In this document: positions 1-8,419 of the stretch, piece after piece | Layout: each line of letters opens with the position of its first letter | Position numbering within the stretch: position 1 is the stretch's first letter | DNA from: Fimbriimonadales bacterium | GTDB taxonomy: Bacteria > Armatimonadota > Fimbriimonadia > Fimbriimonadales > Fimbriimonadaceae | Direction: 5' to 3' | DNA: 64,000 bases | Assembly: GCA_038321975.1 (NCBI GenBank) | Contig: JBBQFM010000015.1 | Location: forward strand, 5,786-69,785 | Made by a program: the position numbers and the translations under genes | The notes under the pieces: generated by a model | Databases searched by the model: none | Told to the model about the DNA's origin: nothing | Seen by the model: only the letters and a program-made list of their open reading frames with translations

Positions 1-1519
1 TCCGGTGCCAAGGCGTGGTCAAGTTCCAGAGAATTGCCAGCGAAATCCCCGTCGCCAACCGAAGCAAGATGGTCGCCGCGAGTGTCAATCCGGTCGAAGA
101 CATCCCGAGTAAAAGGGTGGGCCCCGGCTGGAATGCAAGCGGAATCGCAATGATCATCCCGAAGAAGATCACCGCCCCACCGACGCGTGTCACGAAATCG
201 CCCATTGGCACCTGAGATGCCGCCGCCGCAACAAGCCCCGCGAAAAGAAGACCTGAGAGCGTAAGCGGAGACTGCGCCAGCCCAGTAGCAACCAAAGCGC
301 TCAGGAACCCAATCGCCTTGGCCGTGGGATGAATGGATTGAAGAAATCCCTTTGATCGCGCAACCGTCTCGGAGGCGATTGTCTTGGCGATCGCACCGCG
401 CATCTTCAAGACGGTCGCCTCGAACCAAGAAGTCTTTAGGGGTGCCGCTCGACCCAATGCGACAGGACCTTCGCGAAGCCAAGCTGGCAGATCCGAAGAT
501 GCCCTCTCAATCGGTCGCTGGTCGACCGCCTCAACGCGAGGCTTTCGAAGAATGCCCCGAGTGAAGAGTGCCACCGCGCCACAACCGACAAGGGCACTGA
601 ACAAATAACCCGCGATCTCCCACGGCCTGCCACTCATGCCGGCAAAGCCGTAGTCGGGCAGAAGGGGCTTGATAATCTCGTGTGCGTTCGCCGCACCCTG
701 AGGAACATAGCCGACCAACTTCTTCAAGTCCTCAACATCCCACTCGCCAAACGCACTGCCCGTCGCGAGCAATCCAAGGGGAGTGAGAACTAGAACCCAA
801 GCCAGGCGTTTAACCAGCCGGTTGGTGACCCCAACCTTGGGTCGAGCCCGCGCCCCAAGCAACTCCGGGAAGGTTCGCCAGAGATAGCTGAGCGCCGCCA
901 CCGTGACGATCGCCTCAACCGGCGAGGCGGTCAAGAGGTGAGTCATCACCATCGCGGGCAACGTCACGTTCAGACCAAAAGGACAATACAAAGCGTGCCC
1001 AAGCACGTCGTGGGCAACCAAAGGCTGGATACCCAGGAGCAGCCCGGCACAAACCGAAGCCATCGTGGTGCCCGAGTAACCGGCGATCGCCGAAGCAACC
1101 AGCCATCGACCCGATCCGATCTCGCTTCGCCCGGAGATCAACCGAAACACGCCGTAGCCAACAAACGTCGCCACCAGCGCCATGTCGAAGCAGTTGGCCC
1201 CAAGAGACAAAATGCCCCCATCGCCAAACATCAAAGCTTGGATGGCCAAGGTCAGGGTCATTCCCAGCAGCGCCGCCCAAGGCCCCACCAAAATCGCGAG
1301 AAGCACCGCGCCAAGCGCGTGTGCCGTCGTCCCGCCGACTGCGGGAACGTTGAACATCTGGATTGCAAAGCAGAACGCAGCGCCGATGGAGAGCAGTGGC
1401 ATCTGCCGCGACGTAAGTTCGGCCGATGTCTTGCGAGCGGCGATGACCCAAACCGGCACCATCACACCCGCCATGACGGCTTCGGTGGCGGGGCTCAGAT
1501 ACGCGTCGGGGATATGCAT
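1..1519 (-). CDS. ECF-type Ni/Co transporter fusion: NikM/CbiM + PDGLE (NikN-like) + NikQ/CbiQ; 3' end runs off the window
   Basis: Not in the ORF track because it has no stop in the window. Translated by hand from ATG 1519 to position 2 with no stop (>505 aa). Starts MHIPDAYLSP, has GGTTAH67ALG and QALMFGDGGILSLGAN (CbiM/NikM), then FGEW...PLLPDYGF (PDGLE-like), then FLQSIHPTAKAIGF...LAILWNLTTPWHR (CbiQ-like). Confidence 0.9.
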   Translation of the reverse strand, partial: MHIPDAYLSPATEAVMAGVMVPVWVIAARKTSAELTSRQMPLLSIGAAFCFAIQMFNVPAVGGTTAHALGAVLLAILVGPWAALLGMTLTLAIQALMFGDGGILSLGANCFDMALVATFVGYGVFRLISGRSEIGSGRWLVASAIAGYSGTTMASVCAGLLLGIQPLVAHDVLGHALYCPFGLNVTLPAMVMTHLLTASPVEAIVTVAALSYLWRTFPELLGARARPKVGVTNRLVKRLAWVLVLTPLGLLATGSAFGEWDVEDLKKLVGYVPQGAANAHEIIKPLLPDYGFAGMSGRPWEIAGYLFSALVGCGAVALFTRGILRKPRVEAVDQRPIERASSDLPAWLREGPVALGRAAPLKTSWFEATVLKMRGAIAKTIASETVARSKGFLQSIHPTAKAIGFLSALVATGLAQSPLTLSGLLFAGLVAAAASQVPMGDFVTRVGGAVIFFGMIIAIPLAFQPGPTLLLGMSSTGLTLAATILLRLATGISLAILWNLTTPWHR

Positions 1520-1525
1520 GACCGC

Positions 1526-2902
1526 TTACTTCGAGTGTACTTTGCCCTGAACAGAGGCCAGGAGCTCCTGAGCTCGAGCCGCCGCGACTCCATCGAAATG
1601 GGGATCGATCGCAAGCGCCGCAGCAAGGTATTTTTCGGCCCGCTGATTGTCGCCTGAGGCCGCATAGATCGCTCCCGCATGCGAGTACAGGAGTGGATCG
1701 CGCGTCCCCCGTGCGAGGGCGATCCCGATCGATTTCACGGCCTCGTCGACATTGCCTGCCTTGAGGCAGACCCATGCGAGTGTGTCGTAAGAGTAAATGT
1801 CCTTGCGGCCCTCAAAGTCTCGGATGGCCGCTGCGTAAGCGCCCTCCGTATCCCGATTGTGATCGGCACAGAAAATCGCGTACTGGCGATCAAGTCGGTG
1901 ACCATGAGTGCCCGCCGCCGGCGCAACTTCGTGGAGTCCTGAGTTGATCCCGCTGGGCCGACCGACGAGCGTCGCGACCTTCGCGTACTGCTCCTCCGCC
2001 TTCGTCGGGTCGTTCAGCATCGCGTAGGCATCGCCGACCAAAGCGCGAACATCCGCCATCTGGGCGATGTCGTCCGACTTCAAACCCCACTCGATCGCGT
2101 CTTGCCAACGCCCATCCTGAAATGCAACCTTGGCAAGTCCCGCCATCGACTTATAGTCGCGAGGATACAGTCGAAGGGCGGTGAAATACTCAACCCGAGC
2201 CTCATCGTGGCGACCCATCTTCGCGAGTTGGATGCCAACCCGAGTGTGGAACCAAGCGATCGCGTCGCTCGGCATCGCCGGAGCCTGGTCGGCCTGAAAG
2301 GCCGCGTCCTTAAGGAGGGACAGCGCCCTATCCGAGTTGCCGTTGATGTCCTCAGCTCGAGAAACGATTGCCTCACCTGATGCACCGGCAAACGCCCGCG
2401 TGCTGGATTTGATCACCCCAAGCGCTTGATCGTATTGACCGATCTCGACCAGGCATTCCGCCTGCTGGCGCACTGTCTGATCGTCGTAGACATTGGCCTT
2501 TCGAGCCTCCAGGCAAACTGCAAGGGCATCCTTAAATCGGTGCTGCTGAAGCAGTGCGGAAACCAGCTTGTTGCGCGCACCAATATTGCCCAGTACGCGA
2601 ATAGATAGGCTCTTTCTTGCCGCCTTCTCTGCTCTCACTGCAGTAGCAAGGTCGTCCGATTCACGGCTGCGGGCAAGGTAGTCGCCACCCAGCGTCGACC
2701 AACCCATCGCCCCACCCGGATCAATCTTAACGGCCTGTTCGCTATTCGCGATCGCCGTATCGATGTAGGCCGAATCGTACGGGAAATGAACGATCGGTTG
2801 GGCCACTGCACGGTGCGAATCGGTGCGAAGCAAATTCGCATACGTCACCCATCCGGTAGCGATGAATGCCGCACTGAGAAAGAGGAAGGACACGGTTCTC
2901 AT
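1526..2902 (-). CDS. Exported tetratricopeptide-repeat protein of the type found beside DUF4331 genes
   Basis: ORF track 1526..3100, start trimmed to MRTVSFLFLSAAF at 2902 (signal-like). Repeated TPR-like helices and DIYSYDTLAWV. Confidence 0.8.
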   Translation of the reverse strand: MRTVSFLFLSAAFIATGWVTYANLLRTDSHRAVAQPIVHFPYDSAYIDTAIANSEQAVKIDPGGAMGWSTLGGDYLARSRESDDLATAVRAEKAARKSLSIRVLGNIGARNKLVSALLQQHRFKDALAVCLEARKANVYDDQTVRQQAECLVEIGQYDQALGVIKSSTRAFAGASGEAIVSRAEDINGNSDRALSLLKDAAFQADQAPAMPSDAIAWFHTRVGIQLAKMGRHDEARVEYFTALRLYPRDYKSMAGLAKVAFQDGRWQDAIEWGLKSDDIAQMADVRALVGDAYAMLNDPTKAEEQYAKVATLVGRPSGINSGLHEVAPAAGTHGHRLDRQYAIFCADHNRDTEGAYAAAIRDFEGRKDIYSYDTLAWVCLKAGNVDEAVKSIGIALARGTRDPLLYSHAGAIYAASGDNQRAEKYLAAALAIDPHFDGVAAARAQELLASVQGKVHSK

Positions 2903-2957
2903 TTCAGTTCTGTAAGAGGTTGCCTCGGCGCCCGAAGGCGCCGGGGCGTAGCAAACC

Positions 2958-3572
2958 CTATCGAGGATTGCCGAGGTAAGGGAAGGCGCCGAGGAAATGC
3001 TTGCCACTCGCGTCCACGTTATCCGACGTGAAAGCCGCGATCTCGTGGCCGTCGTCCGGTGCAAGGCCGAGAGCGGAGATCGTGTTTCCAAACACCACAC
3101 CTAGTGAGATGTCGACCACGTCATCGCCAAGCTTTCGCCCGCCGAACTTGCCGCCCGTGGCTCCGTTCGTTTCAGAGCCCAAATAGGCTGCCGAATCAGA
3201 CTTAGAAAGGTCAACTTTCATCATGTCGGGGACGAGAACTGCCTTGACCACATCGGTGGTTGCCTGATCTCGACCCGCCGTGCCGACCATGAACGACTGA
3301 ATGTCGTTCGCCAGCTCGTTGTGGTCGTTGCTTGGGCCGTCCTCGTCGTTGATCTTGTGGCGGTTGTTTGCAACCGTTGCGAAGACCTCATTGACGACTG
3401 GTCGGGCAAGACGGTCAACTTGGGTGTACGCGCCGCCATTGAGGGTGCTCGTAGTGGTCCAGACGCCGATGACCCCGAGGTTGCGGCTAGAGCCGCCACC
3501 GCTACCCGCGCATCCGGCAAGGACTCCGACGAACGGGATGACGACCCAGAGATTTTTGGATAGGTTCTTCAT
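2958..3572 (-). CDS. DUF4331 C-terminal-half lipoprotein, copy 2
   Basis: Lipobox VLAGC, QVDRLARPVVNEVF, GGRKLGDDVVDISL, FPYLGNP. Paralog of 4446..5084. Confidence 0.85.
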   Translation of the reverse strand: MKNLSKNLWVVIPFVGVLAGCAGSGGGSSRNLGVIGVWTTTSTLNGGAYTQVDRLARPVVNEVFATVANNRHKINDEDGPSNDHNELANDIQSFMVGTAGRDQATTDVVKAVLVPDMMKVDLSKSDSAAYLGSETNGATGGKFGGRKLGDDVVDISLGVVFGNTISALGLAPDDGHEIAAFTSDNVDASGKHFLGAFPYLGNPR

Positions 3573-4252
3573 TAGAGCAGCTTCTTCGGCAGTTCGATCA
3601 CGATCGAAAGCACGTTGTAGTTATGAGTCGAGAGGAAGTCCTGGGCAGCGCCCGGAGCGCGCCAGCCACCCGCTTTGGGGGTGTTGGGATCGGCAATCGG
3701 CGTTCCCGTAATGGGTGTCGCTCGGTCCGGGAAGATCGTGAAGAACTGCTCAAGGTCGAAGAAGAACGGATCCTCTCGGCCGCCGCAGAACACCTTCATG
3801 CCACTGCGAGGCGAAAACGTCGAGTTGATCGCGCCAATCGTCGTGTGCGGGCTCTCGAAGTGAGTCGTGGTTCCCGTCGACGAAGGGTGGACGGGGCCCG
3901 CAATCTGCACCGTCTGGTTCGCACCCGTGCCCGAGAATTTGGCTTGGATGACTTCATCCTCAACTCCGTCACCGTCCCTGTCGATCTTGAACTGATAGAG
4001 CACGTTCGGGTCGAATGAGACGGCAGTGCCTTGTCCCGCGGCAATGAGCGGGTGAACGTTCATCGCGAACACTACATTGCCTGAGGTGGTTGGGCTGGGG
4101 AAAACGTAAACGTCGGTGATGTCGGTGCCCGGGTTGGCCGCGATATCCGGCGTGTCCGCGTGGTCGGAAGCATGGCTTCGTCCAATCAGTACCACTGGGA
4201 CCGCCAGTGCGACTAGCCCAACTAGGGCGAGTCTCTTAATGTTTAATATCAA
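3572..4252 (-). CDS. DUF4331 N-terminal-half exported protein, copy 2
   Basis: TTG start, signal peptide ending SHA, then SDHADTP...TDITDVYVFPSP, YQFKID, GREDPFFFDL. Confidence 0.85.
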   Translation of the reverse strand: MILNIKRLALVGLVALAVPVVLIGRSHASDHADTPDIAANPGTDITDVYVFPSPTTSGNVVFAMNVHPLIAAGQGTAVSFDPNVLYQFKIDRDGDGVEDEVIQAKFSGTGANQTVQIAGPVHPSSTGTTTHFESPHTTIGAINSTFSPRSGMKVFCGGREDPFFFDLEQFFTIFPDRATPITGTPIADPNTPKAGGWRAPGAAQDFLSTHNYNVLSIVIELPKKLL

Positions 4253-4396
4253 CTTGGTAACTCCTGTTCAGGGGCAACTGCCCTTTGTATTGCCGAGGCA
4301 GAAGTAAATCTTCTTAGCCCCGCTCTGCTTCGACCATTGTTGCGCAGACTTGTTCCCACTTTGGAGCCAAATCGGCACTGTTCATGTAAACGTCAT
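4253..4396 (-). promoter_or_regulatory. Conserved leader/upstream region of DUF4331 pair copy 2
   Basis: Aligns with 5765..5904. Identical 17-mer GTTCATGTAAACGTCAT at 4380-4396; hairpin GGGCAGTTGCCC just upstream of a CAGGAG Shine-Dalgarno on the minus strand. Confidence 0.6.
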
Positions 4397-4445
4397 TCAG
4401 GTCAGATGCCCCGGGGTAGGGTTCCGGGGCAGCGTGAGGGCGTCC

Positions 4446-5084
4446 CTAGTAAGGGTTGCCGAGGTAAGGGAACGTGTTCAGGTAGTGGTGACCACTCGCG
4501 TCCACGTTGTCGGTTGTAAAGGAAGCGAGTTCCTTTCCGTCGTCGGGAGCAAGACCCAAGGCCGAGATCGTGTTTCCGAAGACGATGCCAAGCGAGATGT
4601 CCACGACGTCGTCGGTGAGCTTGCGCCCGCCGAACTTGCCGCCGGTTGCTCCGCCGGTCTCAACGCCCAGATAGGCAGCCGGACCGCTCTGGGAAAGGTC
4701 GACCTTCATCACGTCAGGGATGACCACTGCCTTCACCACGTCGGTCGTCGCTTGCGACCGACCGGCGGGGAAGGTCATGAACCCTTGAATGTCGTTAGCC
4801 AACTCGTTGTGATCGTTCGCAGGTCCGTCCTCATCGTTGATCTTGTGTCGGTTGTTAGCAACCGTCGCAAAGACCTCGTTGATTACGGGTCGAGAGAGTC
4901 GATCGACCTGGACATACTTGCTTCCGTTGAAGTGGTTCGTGGTCGTCCAAACTCCGATAACGCCCTGGGTGATGCCGCGAGGGTTGCCGCCACCTGCAAG
5001 CGGGGCGCTTCCGCCACCGCAGCCGGCGAGGATAGCGCCCACTACAGGTACGAAGACGCCAAGATTCTTGATACTTGATTTCAT
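4446..5084 (-). CDS. DUF4331 C-terminal-half lipoprotein, copy 1
   Basis: Lipobox ILAGC, QVDRLSRPVINEVF, GGRKLTDDVVDISL, FPYLGNPY. Confidence 0.85.
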   Translation of the reverse strand: MKSSIKNLGVFVPVVGAILAGCGGGSAPLAGGGNPRGITQGVIGVWTTTNHFNGSKYVQVDRLSRPVINEVFATVANNRHKINDEDGPANDHNELANDIQGFMTFPAGRSQATTDVVKAVVIPDVMKVDLSQSGPAAYLGVETGGATGGKFGGRKLTDDVVDISLGIVFGNTISALGLAPDDGKELASFTTDNVDASGHHYLNTFPYLGNPY

Positions 5085-5764
5085 TAGAGGAGCCTCTTCG
5101 GAACTTCGATCACGATCGATAGAACGTTCAGTTTGTTAACGGTGAGGAAGTCCTTAGCCGCTCCCGGAGCTCGCCAACCGCCCGCCTTGGGCGTGTTAGG
5201 ATCGGCAACCGGAATCCCGTTGAGCGGGGTCGCCCGATCTGGGAAGATCGTGAAGAACTGCTCGAGGTCGAAGAAGAAAGGATCTTCTCGGCCGCCCGCA
5301 AAGACCGTCATACCGGGAGTCGGCGAGAAAGGCTTGTTGATCTCTCCCGTGACGCTGTAAGGTTTCTCGAGGTTGTTGGCAGTTCCCGTCGTGCTCGGAT
5401 GAACCGGGCCCGAGATCTGAACCTTCTGGGCCAGACCGGCATAGAAGAATTTGGCCTGCATGACCTCGTCCTCCACCCCGTCTCCGTCGGTGTCGATCTT
5501 GAACTGATAGATGATGTTTGGGTCGAACCGAGTGGTCTTCCCCTTTCCAGCTCCGACGAGCGGGTGGACGTTCATTGCGAACACCACGTTCTCGGAATTG
5601 GTCGGGCTCGGGAATACATAGACATCGGTAATGTCGGCGCCGGGATTCGCCGCGATGTCGGGGGTATCGGCATGGTCCGAAGCATGACTTCGGCCGACGA
5701 GAATGATAGGCACGGCAAGTGCGACTAACCCGATAAAGGTCAACCTCTTAATATTTAGGATCAA
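5084..5764 (-). CDS. DUF4331 N-terminal-half exported protein, copy 1
   Basis: Start reassigned to TTG 5764, giving the same length and N-terminus as 3572..4252. Motifs SHA-SDHADTP and GREDPFFFDL. Confidence 0.85.
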   Translation of the reverse strand: MILNIKRLTFIGLVALAVPIILVGRSHASDHADTPDIAANPGADITDVYVFPSPTNSENVVFAMNVHPLVGAGKGKTTRFDPNIIYQFKIDTDGDGVEDEVMQAKFFYAGLAQKVQISGPVHPSTTGTANNLEKPYSVTGEINKPFSPTPGMTVFAGGREDPFFFDLEQFFTIFPDRATPLNGIPVADPNTPKAGGWRAPGAAKDFLTVNKLNVLSIVIEVPKRLL

Positions 5765-5904
5765 TAGATTCTCCTGATTGGGGCAACTCCCCTTTGAACT
5801 GCTACGGGGCAAAGTAATCCTCTACCCTCGCTACGCATCGACAATTGTCGCCCAGCAAAGACCGCAATGAAGCGGCATTGCCGCCGAGTTCATGTAAACG
5901 TCAT
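5765..5904 (-). promoter_or_regulatory. Conserved leader/upstream region of DUF4331 pair copy 1
   Basis: Aligns with 4253..4396; identical 17-mer at 5888-5904. Confidence 0.6.
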
Positions 5905-6041
5905 GTTGTCAACTCCGGTGCATCCCTTTTGCGGGATGGTCGTGCCCGGAGTGACCGGGTCATAGCGGTTAACATAAGCTCTCTACGCAGGATTCCCTCC
6001 CCATGGGGAGAGTGTCGGATTGTAAAAGGAGGCGCCTAAAT

Positions 6042-6136
6042 GTAGCGTTGGCGTCCCCGCCGACGATCCCGAAGGGTTGTCACAGGTTCAGAGCTCGCGG
6101 AATCACCGCTGCCGGCAGATCATCGGCGGGGGCGCC
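6042..6136. repeat. GTAG-type REP doublet (REPIN-like)
   Basis: Left arm GTAGCGTTGGCGTCCCCGCCGACG (6042-6065) and inverted right arm CATCGGCGGGGGCGCC (6121-6136). Same family as 37528..37664. Confidence 0.65.
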
Positions 6137-6268
6137 TGAAATAGAGTTCCGGAGTGAAGGCCTCGCCTGAAGCAAACCGTAGCGGCAGCGCGAAGTACGG
6201 GCGACCCCCGGGTCCAGTCGATGAAGCTTCGCTCAACCCTTTGCCTTTGGCCAACGTAAACTTTGTCT

Positions 6269-7027
6269 ATGGTTCTCGGTCTTGTTGCTTCCCTCGTTCT
6301 CAGCGGTCAGTCCTCAGTCAACCTCGTCTACAAGCCGCCCCTCCATAAGACCCTCAAGTACCGAATGGTCATGGACATGAAGCAGGACATGGGAGCAAGC
6401 GGGAATTTTGGATCCAAAACTCAAATGGATATGGAGTTAACCGCGACGAGCCGCAAAGGCGATGTTACGACCCTCCTCACAAAGATCACCGACGCAAAGG
6501 TAACCACCCCTCCCGGCAGTCCGATGGCTGGGATGTCGAGCCAGATGGAAAAGAGCATGAAGGGCAAGAGCTATACGTCCTCCATCGACTCTCACTTCAA
6601 GCCTCTCACAATTGGTGGCTCCGAAGTGGCCGGCATGTCGGGCCAAGGCATGGCAGACGCAATGCACAGTTTCACCTTCCCCTCGCGGCCCGTCAAAGTG
6701 GGGCAGACCTGGACGAGCAAGATGGACATGGGCAAGATGATGGCTTCGGTCGCGAAAGGAATGAAGGTCACCTCCAACGTCCCCATCGTGTGTCGTCTCG
6801 TTTCCGTTCAAGGCAATCTTGCCACCATCAGCATGACCATGAAGGGGGCCATGAACATGGACATGGGCGCCCAGAAATTCACCACCGACCTCGACTCAAA
6901 GGGCTCGATGGTCGTCGAACTCGGGAGCGGAGTGGTCCGCAGCGAACAGAACGTGATGGACTCCACTTCGAACATAGGCACCACGAAGTTCAAGCAGCAC
7001 ATGGTCCAAACCATGAAGCTCCGTTAA
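6269..7027 (+). CDS. Methionine-rich exported beta-sheet protein (DUF6263-like)
   Basis: Signal-like N-terminus, L.YKP..G..KY pattern and FPSRPVKVGQTW. Hand count 28 Met in 252 aa. Confidence 0.75.
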   Translation: MVLGLVASLVLSGQSSVNLVYKPPLHKTLKYRMVMDMKQDMGASGNFGSKTQMDMELTATSRKGDVTTLLTKITDAKVTTPPGSPMAGMSSQMEKSMKGKSYTSSIDSHFKPLTIGGSEVAGMSGQGMADAMHSFTFPSRPVKVGQTWTSKMDMGKMMASVAKGMKVTSNVPIVCRLVSVQGNLATISMTMKGAMNMDMGAQKFTTDLDSKGSMVVELGSGVVRSEQNVMDSTSNIGTTKFKQHMVQTMKLR

Positions 7028-7421
7028 GGGCACCAGTGAAACGCAGCGACCGCTCCGAAGGCGATAAGATCTCCTTCGGGTTTCGAGCGGATCCAGAACA
7101 GCGAGCTGGCCGCGGCAAAGGCTTTGACATGGGCGTTCGCAATCGGCCGCCCTTTTTGCCGAAGCTTCGTCCATCAAATCTGTCCGATTCACACCCGAAT
7201 CGTCGCACTCAAAGGAGGCGGCGTTCCTGCCACCGTTTAGCATCGCGTAGATCCTAAGAAGCACCCTGACCGTGAATGATTCGCTACCGTCAGGCGGCAA
7301 GAGCTACCTATTTCGTGGTGGGCGTACCTCTGTCGCACACAGTTGCGGCAGAAAACACTTTGCAGTTTCATGATAATTAGCCCTGGAGACGAGGGGGTGC
7401 TCCAACGAAACGGATTGTTTT

Positions 7422-7613
7422 ATGGAACTCACGGACCACTATAGGAAAGCGCTGGAAGACCAGATCGAAATTCTCTGGCGACACCGGTGCGAATGTTCGG
7501 AGATGAATCTAGGATTCATTCGAGATCACGCGACCGCAATCATGCAACTGACCGACGAAATTTTGTTCGCCGAGAAGAGCGCCTTGAGCGGCACGGACGT
7601 GAGGTACTCATGA
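7422..7613 (+). CDS. Small hypothetical protein (63 aa)
   Basis: ATG start; its stop overlaps the next start (ATGA at 7610-7613), suggesting translational coupling. Confidence 0.6.
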   Translation: MELTDHYRKALEDQIEILWRHRCECSEMNLGFIRDHATAIMQLTDEILFAEKSALSGTDVRYS

Positions 7614-8242
7614 TCAGTCGCAACGCCTACGTCAACCTAGATGGCTTCCGTTTGCTCACCGCTCGTGAAGCGCAGCTCGTGGTGCTCTCCTCCGAAGGAC
7701 TGACTGACAAAGAGATCGCCCGAGAGCTTCGGATCAGCCCTGGAACCGTGATCACAATCTGGTCCCGAATGCGGGCGAAACTGGGCATCACATCACGCAT
7801 TTCCGCGATCTCCGTCATGGTCGCCGCCGTAACCCGCCTCACCACAATCTTCGATGCTGAGTACGATCTCGATGAACCTAGTAAGAAGCTCAACGCCGTT
7901 CGCATCGTCGTCTCGTCGAACCGGGTGGTCCTCCACAGCACTCCAGAAGCAACCAAGGTCTTAGGCGTTCAGGCCGGAGATTCGCTCGTTCGCCAAAACG
8001 GACAGCCTGTGGCCCTGCTCGACCCCAACGGCGACCCATTCGATGCCGCTTCTCTCCCGTGGGATCGCCAGGACCAGAGCACGATGACCGATCGGGTTCA
8101 GCTCAAGACAGCCGACGGGACCCACGAATACGATCTCGCTGTTCGAGTGCAAGACGATGGCGTATTGGGAAGGGTGGCTTTCCTCGATTTTTTTCGTCTC
8201 GGCCGCTTGGGCCATCGTGAGTTCGCCGAATTTGTTTCGTGA
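7610..8242 (+). CDS. Transcriptional regulator with N-terminal LuxR-type HTH and PAS-like C-terminal region
   Basis: LTAREAQLVVLSSEGLTDKEIARELRISPGTVITIWSRMRAKLG; start trimmed to ATG 7610. Confidence 0.8.
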   Translation: MISRNAYVNLDGFRLLTAREAQLVVLSSEGLTDKEIARELRISPGTVITIWSRMRAKLGITSRISAISVMVAAVTRLTTIFDAEYDLDEPSKKLNAVRIVVSSNRVVLHSTPEATKVLGVQAGDSLVRQNGQPVALLDPNGDPFDAASLPWDRQDQSTMTDRVQLKTADGTHEYDLAVRVQDDGVLGRVAFLDFFRLGRLGHREFAEFVS

Positions 8243-8419
8243 TCAGTTTCGCCGACGAAGCAGGCTTTGACTGCCCATGGGAGGCCATGCGCTCGAGCCA
8301 GAACGTGGCCGAATCGGTGCGCCGATGCGCCCTTCTAGCATCCCCCATGAGAATTGAGAGGGTTGTTCGAAGGCTCTCGAAGTGGCGGCCATCGGATATG
8401 ATCCAGCCTAGGTTCAAAG

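Noticed and set aside
915-1775. 286-aa minus-strand ORF and 239-aa plus-strand ORF (938..1657) from the track
   Set aside because: Off-frame or antisense shadows of the NikM fusion, which has clear family motifs in another frame.
4253-4400. DUF4331 leader as a cobalamin or NiCo riboswitch
   Set aside because: I could not find a B12 box or the four-way-junction pattern; kept only as an unclassified conserved leader.
6150-6240. GCAAACCGTA...TACGGGCG stem as a c-di-GMP-I riboswitch
   Set aside because: Lacks the GAAA tetraloop and GACGCAAA junction; adjacent to REP DNA. An Rfam scan would settle it.
7024-7170. Minus-strand frame KLRQKGRPIANAHVKAFAAASSL resembling a VapC/PIN C-terminus
   Set aside because: No start, no acidic PIN residues, and too short to separate from chance.
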